A DNA stretch of 64,000 bases from Thalia democratica (taxonomy: Eukaryota), in the NCBI GenBank assembly GCA_965202585.1, contig OZ241830.1, forward strand, positions 67,084,001 to 67,148,000. The letters are read 5' to 3'. Shown here one piece after another: positions 1 to 10,329 of this stretch (positions are counted from its first letter, which is position 1; each line of letters starts with the position of its first letter). The translations under genes and the position numbers were made by a program. A model generated the notes under the pieces. It was not told the DNA's origin. It worked only from the letters and a program-made list of their open reading frames with translations, and did not search any database.

Positions 1-1005
1 ACTCAGAAGCTACCTTATACATGGTAGCTAACTCATACTTGGTAGCTAAATTATACTCAGTAGATAATTTATACTTGGATTTTAATTTCGACTGTGAAGC
101 TTACTACCATTTATCAACTTACTCCTCTATGGGAGCTAACCGCTACTGGTTAGCTAACTCTTAATTTATAGCTATTCTCGTAGTTGATAACTATATCCCA
201 TTCGTATCTAACTCATATTGGTAGCTAACTTATACTTGGTAATAAATTATAATTAGTAGCTAACTCACACTTAGTAGCTAACTTTTACTTGGTAGCTAAC
301 TTATACTTGGTATCTAACTCCTATTTGGTAGCTATGTCGTACTTGGTAGCTAACTAACACTTGATAACTAGCTCCTACTTAATACTTGACTACTACATAG
401 TAGCTAACTCCTAATTAAAAGCTAATACCACCTAAAGCTAACTAATACTTGTTACGTAACTCCTAGTTGGTAGCTAACTCCTAAAAAGCAGCTAACTCTT
501 ACTTGCTACCTAACTCTTACTTGGTAGCTGAGTCATAGGTAGTAGCTAATTCAAACATGGTAGCTAATTCATACTTAGAAATTAACTCATACTTGACAGC
601 TGACTCATTCTTGAAAGCTAACTCATACTTTGTAGCTAACTCAAACTTAGAAGCTAATTCACACTTTGTAACTTACTCCTACTTTGTAGATAACTCATAC
701 TTGATAGCTAACTGTTACCTGGTAGCTAACACATACTTTGTTCTTATCTCATTTCTGCAAGCTAACTCATACTTAGTAGCTTATTAATAATTCGTAGCTA
801 ACTCATACTTGATATCTAACTTATACATTGATGCTATCTCATACTTGGTAGCTAAATCATACCTGGTGTTTTATTAATACTTCGTAGCTAACTCATACTT
901 GATATCTAACTCATACATTGATGCTAACTCATACTTAGTGGCTAACTCATACTTGTTAGCTAACTAATGCCTGATAGCTAACTCATACTTAGTGGCTAAC
1001 TTATG
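1..1005 (+). repeat. 18-bp minisatellite array (consensus TGGTAGCTAACTCATACT)
   Basis: Degenerate tandem 18-mers; they read as LVANSY hexapeptide repeats in the ORF track. Confidence 0.95.
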
Positions 1006-1240
1006 GTTGGGCAACGTAAATAATTGAAGGGCCGGATCCAAAAAATTTATTCCTCAGCGGGCCGGAGCATTTCGAGTAAGTGATCTACCGGATTCAGTTG
1101 GATCCTTTTTAAGATCTTGATCTTTAATCAAAAATGTTGTCCGGATCCGGCTAAATACTAATTTTAGACAAGGTTTCGTATCCGGATATAACTAATTTCA
1201 AAAGACTTGGATTCGGCTGGATACTAATTGATCTGGTGTT
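1006..1240 (+). mobile_element. End of a probable non-autonomous DNA element with CCGGAT(CCGG) subterminal motifs
   Basis: Starts ggttgggcaacg exactly where the satellite stops (the inverted copy at 60172 continues as satellite instead). Several ccggat/atccgg motifs follow. Confidence 0.4.
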
Positions 1241-2404
1241 TTAAAATTTTGAATCAACTTATTAACTACCAAGGTTCTTAAGTCTACAATTTTAAGTTAA
1301 TTTTTATCAAGTACTCATAATTCTCTATTTTTACAACTATGGACCGAATTAATACTAGTTAGTTTTATAAAAACAATAATTTACTTACTATAAATTACTC
1401 GAGCCTAAGATTTCAAACTAAAACATTAACAACTTTTAACTATTCGAAATTATCTAATTTTGGTAATCCTTAGCTCGAGGCTACATTAATAATATTATTC
1501 AGAATCTAACTAACATTACAATATTAAACTACTAATTTAAAAAACTTATAAAGATTCATTAAAAATTTTGTTAGATTGTAAACTGTTATTACAACATGCA
1601 CAAATAAATTTCTTAAACAAATACTTAAAGTTAATGAGATATTGTTTTGAAATATTGCTACAGTTGGTTATCATTAAACTTAATCATTTGATTAATCAAA
1701 AACTCTTTAATTAAAATATCAATAGCAGAAAAGAGTGCAAACTGTGGTCTCAATTTGGAATATTCTACTTAAATATAAAGTTGAGCAGTTTTACTTAAAG
1801 TAGGTGTCAATGTTATTAAAAACTACTTTTCTTAACATTTATAAGAACAACTCACTACACATCTGGGAAAGACATTGAAACTAGTGAGAGTTGGTGACCC
1901 AACATCCAAAGGTTCATTTACCCTAGCACATTCATGCTTGGGGCTTAATTTAAGTGTTACTTTACTATTGGAATTTGACATATTTACTAATTTAGTCTAG
2001 ACTTAGTAATACTAGATATGAATAACCAGGCACAACAATTGAGTGGGTTTCTCTATTAAACGAACTTTAATGAATACAAAACCAATTGTAAAAATCACAA
2101 GAACTGTTAAATATGTAATTTGTGTACTAAAATACTGTATAATAACTACTATAAAAAACTCAATAATATTTTAAGAAATACTTAATATTAAATGCAAAAC
2201 CAAGTGTTGAAAAATACAAGAACTATAAAGTATGTCACTTATGTGAAAAATGCTTTATATTATAAACTGTAAAAATGCTTTAAGTAAATCACTTGTTGAA
2301 AATCAAAGGAGCTATAAAGTGTACAGTAAGAGAATTACAAAACTTTTTTTAAATAACAATCTTTAAATCTAACAAACACAGTTATAATTATATATACGAA
2401 ATCT

Positions 2405-2885
2405 TTACTTACTTATACTTAATAATACTAAATTTGGAAATTTTCTAACATTAGTTGTTTTAACCTGATGAGTTAATTGGTGGTTGTGTTTTATATTATT
2501 ATTTTGTTTTTCTATCTGCTTTTTGTATCTGAATTTGCAATAATCATTGGCCAAATAGTATGTTTGTGGAGGCTTCTGGTGCCTGTTAAACCTCTGATTA
2601 TAGCTTGGCCACCTACCTGGGACATATTTTGAACCCTGAACTGTTCTGAAGTTGGGTCCTGTTACATTTGTAGCTTGTGGAATGTTTTTTTACTCATTGC
2701 TACATCAAATTGAACAGCCTCACCTTGTCTAAGTGACCTTATATACTTGTTAGGGTTGTTTTTAGTAATGTCAGTGTGATGAACAAATATATCACTGTCA
2801 TTATCATCACTGTGAATGAAATCATATCCCTTGTTTACATTAAACCATACCAAACGGCCAGTTATCTATGTGCTATAACTTTTCT
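2405..2885 (-). pseudogene. Y-box-type cold-shock domain (frameshifted), copy 1
   Basis: Reconstructed RKVIAHR/(I)TGRLVWFNVNKGYDFIHSDDNDSDIFVHHTDITKNNPNKYIRSLRQGEAVQFDV.../PQATNVTGPNFRTVQGSKY. This aligns to YB-1 [73 protein letters not shown]. Two frameshifts, no introns. Confidence 0.9.
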
Positions 2886-2949
2886 GGGAGTTTTAGGTTT
2901 AAATTTCTGTAATTTTTTTTCTTGGAGTAAAAGAAGCAGGTTTTGCAAT

Positions 2950-3810
2950 TGCAACAGAACAATGCTTTACTGTTTTGTTGTTATCTTCACGTAGGTAAAT
3001 ATTTTGGTTTTGATGTTTTATGAGGTGGGCCATTGGACAAGAGTCAGGCATTCTACATTTAAATGCATTTTCCCCATGGGCTAAATGCACGTCACAAAGT
3101 TTTACACTATGAAAATTTGCGTATTGGTCGCGACCAGATCTATTATGCTTCTGATTAGGTTAGTTACTACCATAATCATTACAAAACTTGTTTTGGTTCT
3201 CATGTTAGCCTGCGTTATTGCGTCTCCTTGTTCTATTTGTTCTGAAGCGTGGCTCGCGAACCCCATAGTCTATGTTCTGTGTGTTATGTAAGTGCCTCTC
3301 TTCATGACCTACAAAGGTTGCTGCCATCCCAAGGTGAAATTTTTCAATATCATGTCCAAAGTTTGCCCGTACCTCACTTTTAAGACTATCTGGCGCCAAG
3401 TAGCAAGTGAAAAATTTGACCCTATCATCTAAAGTTGCTTTTGCCCACTTTGTTGCTTCCATACGCAAGTCCTGGTATTTTATTGGTGCATTAGACAATG
3501 TTCTGGACCTCAGAATTTTTGGTAAAGGGCAACCTATTTCCTGAAGAAAGCGGTACAAATTATTATAGTTTTTTTTCTTGCCTCGAGGATGACTCCCAAA
3601 AGTCTTTGACATCCTTTTGAGGCCATTTTTGTAATAGAACTTTGTCTGTTCGTTTTTAATCTCGTACACTTCACATTGGTGCTCAAAATACCCCAATTCC
3701 ATTTTGTATGTTTTGGAAGTTAGGGGGATGTCACGGAACAGTTTTGAGAGATCTTTCACTCTCTTAAGTCGAGCATATATTATATCATCATGGTGTTTAT
3801 TAGTTGCCAT
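2950..3810 (-). pseudogene. Gypsy-like Gag (decayed), copy 1
   Basis: 207-aa ORF (ATG at 3810) contains YFEHQCEVYEIKNEQTKFY and P..NYNNLYRFL. The same frame continues through two stops to LCDVHLAHGENAFKCRMPDSC, resembling the C-x2-H-x3-G-x2-A-x2-C-x2-P knuckle of CsRN1/Kabuki-type Ty3/Gypsy Gag. Recognised by eye only. Confidence 0.55.
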
Positions 3811-3984
3811 GTATGATTCATTTACCAATCAAATCAACATCGTTTATAAAACTTAAGAGTTGGTTAGAACACATTCAGACTTAAATAACAGAAAAATGTA
3901 GAAAGTTCAAAAAATCTCCTCGCCGCCGGAACTCGCTCCGCCCCTGCACATCTCCACGTCGTCTGACCGGTCCACGCCGATCCG

Positions 3985-4447
3985 TCTCCTCGCCTCACCC
4001 AACGGTCTCTTGGCGCCACGGAATCCGTCTCCTTGCCTCACCCAGTGATCTCTTGGCCCTACGGAACCGTCTCCTTGCCTCACCCAGCGGTCTCTTGGCC
4101 CTACGGAACCGTCTCCTTGCCTCACCCAGCGGTCTCTTGGCCCTACGGAACCGTCTCCTTGCCTCAACCAGCGGTCTTTTGGCCCTACGGAACCCGTCTC
4201 CTTGCCTCAACCAGCGGTCTCTTGGCCCTACGGAACCGTCTCCTTGCCTCAACCAGTGGTCTCTTGGCCCTACGGAACCGTCTCCTTGCCTCACCCAGCG
4301 GTCTCTTGGCTCTACGGAACCCGTCTCCTTGCCTCAACCAGCGGTCTCTTGGCCCTACGGAACCGTCTCCTTGCCTCACCCAGCGGTCTCTTGGCCCTAC
4401 GGAACCGTCTCCTTGCCTCACCCAGCGGTCTCTTGGCGCTACGGAAT
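3985..4447. repeat. 42-bp GC-rich VNTR, 11 units
   Basis: Unit cttggccctacggaaccgtctccttgcctcacccagcggtct; two units carry an extra C. It produces the many overlapping repeat ORFs in the track. Confidence 0.95.
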
Positions 4448-6934
4448 CCTCTGATCCGTCTCTTCATACATCTCCTCTTTCATCTCCTCGTTCCTCACCT
4501 CGTTCATAAGTCTCCTCTACCGCTCCTCGCCGATTCGTTTCTCGAGCCGTTCGTGCGAAAGTGCAATTAGAATGTACGTCACTACTTGATATCAATTTTA
4601 AAAACAAGTTAAAACATTAAAAGATAAAAAAATTCAATTTACAAACTTATATGCTACTAGTTAGCAACAACATTACATTAATCCATTAGTCTATTTATAT
4701 TTTAACTTTAAAGTTTCTTAAGTTTCAAAGTAAATGAGAAACATTTTTGGCTCCCATCAATATACAGTAATTCTCTACAAGCTTTAAAATAAAAAACATT
4801 TCACCTTTTACACGAATTAGTTGACAAAACAAGCATTCACATGCGTCTCAAAAGTTTAAACTTGTTTTTGTAAAAATACAAAGCCAGTAAACTTGTACTG
4901 ATTTTAAAAAACTTTCATATTAAAACAAATTTTAAACAAAGTTCTTTTTAGTTTTCAGATTTTAAATACCGGATAAGACATTTCATAGCTCGAATGACCT
5001 TGTTAAAAAATTTTTTTTTTCTTAAGTACGGTTAAATCTAAAACAACAAAAAACATGCCAATAAAGTTTGTTACAAGCAATTAACAAGGTCATTGTAAAA
5101 AAAAACTTTAAATATTATAGTTTAAAGTTTGAACATAACATTGTAGCTAAATATAAAACTAAATTAAGTTTAATAAACTTAAGAAATTTCACTTCAATAA
5201 CCGATTATGCACTCGAAAACAAGTTTTAATAACCTCATACAAATATTTTTACAAGGACGAACGAAAAAACAACAATGTTTTTACATGCAGTTTAAAAAGT
5301 TTATTATCCCTTATAGTTCAAATTAAACGATTGTTCGAAAACAAAACAATTAAACTTTACAGTTGCTAACTTTTATAGACGTTTAAAACTCTTTTTGTTA
5401 TAAGAAAGATTTATTATTAGAAGCCTTTAGTTTTATTTTAACTTTTAATAAAATGTTTAAAACGATTGAACGATATTTAATTAATTTGACAAAACGCGGA
5501 ACAACTTGAAAACAAGACTAACTTTTGTTTAAACTTGCTCGTACAAGTTTAAAACTCATTTTGAAAAACGCTTCAACAATGAATTGCAATAATATCTACA
5601 CAACAAATACATTTTAGTTCTAACACATGTCCATTAGCTTTTCCCAAACCACTTTAACATAAAATTCAACACAATAAAGCTAATTACTTTTTGCAAAAAA
5701 CAACACAAATCTCTCACAAACTCGAACTACTTAGTTGTTTTTCCAACTAGAAATTTTAAACTCATTTTTAAAACTTTACAGACCAGATGAATGGGTTAAA
5801 TAAATGCCCTTAAGTTTATCGAATTTATAATATTATTAAATAAGGTTTATTTTACTCTGTTTTCAAGTCACCATCTACAAAACGTAACAATTTTAATGAA
5901 GGTATCTGTGTTCAATTCCAGTTATAAATAACTGGACGTCCGGGTCACCATGTCGCTACCTGGTTAAAGATTCTACTTATATATACTATTTTTGGCCTGG
6001 TTTAATACGCAACGTGCGCTCCAACTTATAAAGTAGAAGTCCCCAAGATAACGCTTAAATTATAGTTGACTTAAATAAACTAATATGAATTACTTACTAT
6101 TTACTAAATGTTTGATAAATCAGTTACTTATACTAATTTAAACTGAGTTCGAATTTGTGATCATGAATATATTTACAATGAATTTGCGAAACGAAAAGAT
6201 GATAAAAAACTGCACAACATTACACTAGAATAACAGAAACTAAACACTACATGTTTAAACCAAACTCAAAAAACATTCTAAAATCGAAATCACTTCAACA
6301 AGATCGAAACCATTAAAACTTAAGTGCAGCGAAAAGCTGCACTGAGTTCAGACCGTTCAATGAAGTAGAAACTAGAAAAACTGAACTGAACTAAACCAAT
6401 TACGCGATATTCAAAATTTATACTCGCTTGAAAAAAAGAAGAAAGTAAAAAAGAGACAATTACCGCTCACGCGGTACAGCTTCAAGAAGTAAACAAGTCA
6501 GAAAAAACCCCTAATTAGAAACAACTCTAAACCGCTACCAAGCGGTTACAGTTCTAACCATTTTTTATTTTTGCATGTGGAATAAAGCTGACGAAAAGAA
6601 AATAACAAGTTTTGTTTTGCTAATTTTTTATATATATTAAAGAAAATAGATATTAAGTATACAAAAGAAAAAATCTAAACCAGGAACAATAACTTGCAGG
6701 TTGTGCTTAAAAGCAGCTTTATTAATGCTTGAATCTAGAACAAATTGCGACAGTTTTTAAGGAAAACAAAGAGACATGAGGCTTTAAACTAAAATTTATG
6801 CCAAAACTAACAGATGAACTAAGAGAATTCTAAAATAAAATGATAAACTTAATCACACAGGTAAAGTTTACAAAAATAAGTTACAGCTTCCAAGATAAAC
6901 TAGTAAATGATCTTATAATAAGTAAAACCGAAAC

Positions 6935-7335
6935 CGGGAACGGGTCAGAAAAGCACGGGTGACACTTTAGCACGGTGTGACACTTTAGCACGGGGTGACA
7001 CTTTAGCACGGGTAGACACTTTAGCACGGAGTGACAATTTAGCACTAAATTGTGCCTAAATTGCATAATCATTTTATAATTAATAAATTTAATTGTAAAC
7101 GTTTTATAAAATACAAATTTTACACGTATTTAATTAAATTACTTAAAATTATCGATGGCGCTTAAGTGTCACTCCGTGCTTAAGAATCATTTTGTGCAAA
7201 AGAATCAATCAGTGATAAAGTTACACTCCGTATTAAAGTGTCACCCCGTGCTAAAGAGACACTCCGTGCTAAAGTGTCACCCCGTGCTAAAGTGACGCCG
7301 TGCTAAAGTGTCACCCCGTGCTAAAGTGTCACTAA
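6935..7335. mobile_element. Small foldback element built of inverted 18-bp units (GCACGGGGTGACACTTTA)
   Basis: About 5 units at 6951-7045, an AT-rich spacer, then inverted units at 7160-7332. The homologous module at 35521 lacks it after aaaccgaaacc. Copy at ~28980-29380. Confidence 0.7.
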
Positions 7336-8289
7336 AGGTGTTTTTAAATTTTTTTCTAGTACTCGGCTGTACTAAAACAGTATTCCGCATGTTTTTAGAA
7401 TAATTTTTTTTTTGATTCTAAAATTTTTTTGTTATAAGTATTTTGTATTTGTAATTTTGATATTTTCACTAAGAGACAGCTTTTCAGCAGTGAAATTTAA
7501 GATATAAAATCAGTTTAGCAGATTGAAAGTAAAGAGACAGCTTTTCAGCAGTTGTAGAAAATTAAGAAAATGAATAAATATAATCAGTTTAGCAGATTGT
7601 AAGTAAAGAGACAGCTTTCCAGCATTTAGTAAAAGTGCAGAAGGCTGTGTCTTTGTTAAACTTTGTTTTATCTTTGAGATCAAATTTAAATTTGTTACAT
7701 GAAACAAATTAAGAGGTAGAGCGAAGAAATTTAAACGTGAAGTAGAGGTAAAAGAAACAAAACAACTCATCTTAATAGAAAAAATTAGAATTAGCAATAG
7801 ATGAGCTAAATCAAGAAACCGGAAAAGAAATTTTTTTCAAACTATTTAAGAGTCATTAGTAAACAAGTAAAAGTTATTAAAATGGCCTTACCAGGTGATC
7901 AAAGGATTAATACAAGACATAAAATCTCGAGTTGCTTCATATGACGAACTACAATTAGCTGTAGCAAGAGAAAAGCGAAAATTGAATCCTTGCGCACGTC
8001 TTCAAATCGATGTTACCGAAAATCTCGTCAATAAATGGAATGAAAGAGAAGTCTTTAACACTGCAAATGTGTTTGAAGGTTAGATAAGCTAACAGCATAA
8101 TAACATTTTAAACAGTTTAGTTGTTAATTCTTCAATAACTTCTTGAAATTTTACCTATATTTAAAGGCAACGATGAACAATCTGAAACATTCTAAAATAA
8201 ATATACTTTCAAAAGCTCCGTGTCAAAAATAAATGATGAACCAGACCATTTTAAAGCTGATATTATCAAAGAACTGTGGAGTAAATTTT

Positions 8290-8580
8290 ATTTTTGCTGC
8301 AGGCCTAATTGAAATAACAGAATATGAAAAAGATTTAATAAGATATTGCTGCAAAACAGTACTGTTCCACGAAAGTGAACCATGGTCGAAAAAGCATAAC
8401 AATCTTCGATGTACCGATGGGAAGTATCCATGGCGCAGAAATTCGCGAACTGGTTGGCTTATATACCTTAAATAAATTAAAGTAGGAAAAGATCTTTAGT
8501 GATGTTATCTTTGGCATATAGTGTGATGATGGTCTAGCAGTGGTGGACATTCAACCGGGACCAAGTATGAAGAGTAAAGT
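8290..8580 (+). mobile_element. Penelope-like (PLE) reverse transcriptase fragment
   Basis: ITEYEKDLIRYCCKTVLFHESEPWSKK../FDVPMGSIHGAEIRELVGLYTLNKL..*CDDGLAV matches the PLE motifs FDVxMGSxDGAExCELVG and YRDDGL. Copy at ~30335-30625. Confidence 0.85.
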
Positions 8581-10329
8581 AATAAAAAAACAGTTGGTCA
8601 ATGAGATGTGGCTCAATATTGATGCTTTTGAAACAAAATTACAACTGTGGACATTAGGGTGCATCTGTTGCCTCGACCTTAGAGTTAAGCTTAGTCTAGC
8701 TTTTTGTGCGTGACAAATCACTTTTAAAAAAAAAAACTTTCCTATAACCTAATAAAAACACATAACGTAGAAGGAAAAATTCAAAAATTTATCAAAAAAT
8801 TTTAAAAGGTCTGTTAAAATATTGTTTTTAGGTATACGGCTATACTAAAACAATTTCCCGCATGCTTTTCACAATAAAATAGTTTTTATTCAAAAATTTT
8901 CTTGTTATAAGAATTTTTCTATTTTTATACTTTGATATTTTTACTAAGAAACAGCTTTTCAGCAGTTGTAGAAAATTAAGAAATTGAAGATATAAAATCA
9001 GTTTAGCAGATTGTAAGTAAAGAGACAGTTTTTCAGCATTTGGTAAAGGTGCAGAAGGTTGTTAAACGAGTTTTTCTTTAACATGTACTTTAAATTAAAC
9101 TTGTTACAAGAAACAAATTAGCAATTATAAGCGAAATACAAATAAGATATAAGAGAATAAATTCAAACGCGAAGCAGAGGTTAAAGAAACAAGACTTATC
9201 TTGGCAGAAAAAATTAGAATTAGCAATAGCTAAGCTAAATCAAGAAACCGGATAAGAAAAGGTGTGAATTATTTAAAAGTCATTAGTAAACAAGTAAAAG
9301 TTATTAAAATGGCCTTACCAGGTGATCAAAGGATTAACACAAGACATATAATTTCGTTTTGCTTCATATGACGGACGACAATTAGCTGTAGCAAGAGAAA
9401 AGCTGAGATTTAATCCGTGCGCATGTCTTCACACCGATGTAACCGAATTTCTCGTCAATAAATGGAATGGAAGAGAAGTCTTTAACACTGCAACAGTGTG
9501 TTTAAATGTTAGATAAGCAACAAAATGTTTAATATTATAATCATTTTGGTTTCATATTTTTCATAATTACACAAAATCTTACTTATGTCACTAGGAAACG
9601 ATGAAGGATCTGAAAAAATTTTCAAAAAACCTAACAATCATCCTCCCTTGGTAATTGCTGGGATGGTGAGTGTACGTACTAATAAAGTGATATCATGCAT
9701 TTCTTTTCAAAAAAAAAATGAAAAATTTTGAATGAAAACATAAACAGGCCAAATCATGAATTTTACCTTGAGTTTAATGATCTATTCAAAACCAGGAAAA
9801 ATTTCAACTATCTAATGTTAAAAATTAGAAAATCTAAAGAAGTAACAGTTAATACAAACAAATATATTGCTTTTGACCAAACTTGACAACTGAGTAATTT
9901 AGTTTGTTACGGTGACCTAGTTTACTTTTGCCCTCTTAGTTGGTCAAGTCGTGATTTAATGATTTTCACGAATCTATGGGCTTTAGAATGAAATAGCATC
10001 ATTTTTTAGAAGTTTAAATATATGTTTTCGAAAATTAAAACTGGATATCTAATTTAACAATTCTAATAGAATATTTATTAACAATTTGCATTAATGTGAA
10101 CATTGTTGTGGATGATGAGCAAAGAAGCAACTACAGAAGCATCGACGTCTGGTGTTTCATATGTGAAACTCTCAAAAGGCCATTTAATCACAGGCATTGT
10201 TGATTCAATTCAGCTAGACTTTATCATAAATAATTATATCTTTCTTGGTTGAGTTTATTCACAAAATAACTACAAGAATGATAAAGTCTGTAATACAAAA
10301 CATAACTAAAACTAGGTAAATACTTCTAC

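Larger units (their letters stand above)
1..9433 (+). repeat. Segmental duplication copy 1 (partner 22632-31478)
   Basis: Position 1 (actcagaagctacc) matches 22632. The offset is 22631, then 22087 after a 544-bp indel, then 22045 after loss of one 42-bp unit. Identity ends at ...gtcttcaca (9433/31478). ORF-track proteins are duplicated with only 0-2 aa differences. Confidence 0.97.

Noticed and set aside
557-787. LVANSY-repeat ORFs as real genes (also 23224, 56501, 58047, 59506)
   Set aside because: They are chance open frames in an 18-bp satellite, with frequent stops nearby and different extents in homologous copies.
2662-2853. Horizontally acquired bacterial cold-shock protein
   Set aside because: It has the KNNP.KY.RS insertion and the NVTGP..VQGSKY tail specific to animal Y-box proteins.
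3985-4447. CRISPR array
   Set aside because: Units are contiguous with no unique spacers, there are no cas genes, and the context is eukaryotic. The same applies to the 18-bp arrays.
3985-4447. Synthetic Golden Gate construct (GGTCTC and CGTCTC in every unit)
   Set aside because: Units are naturally degenerate and duplicated with the flanking genome; no vector sequence is present.
5890-6060. Polinton/adenoviral-type cysteine protease relic (PG.H..W..KD...YYF)
   Set aside because: It needs several frameshifts and the catalytic residues are not clearly present; too weak to call.
7895-8083. Recurrent 62-aa ORF (also 29940, 46851) as a small gene family
   Set aside because: It is part of a duplicated decayed module with non-ATG starts; other copies are frameshifted.
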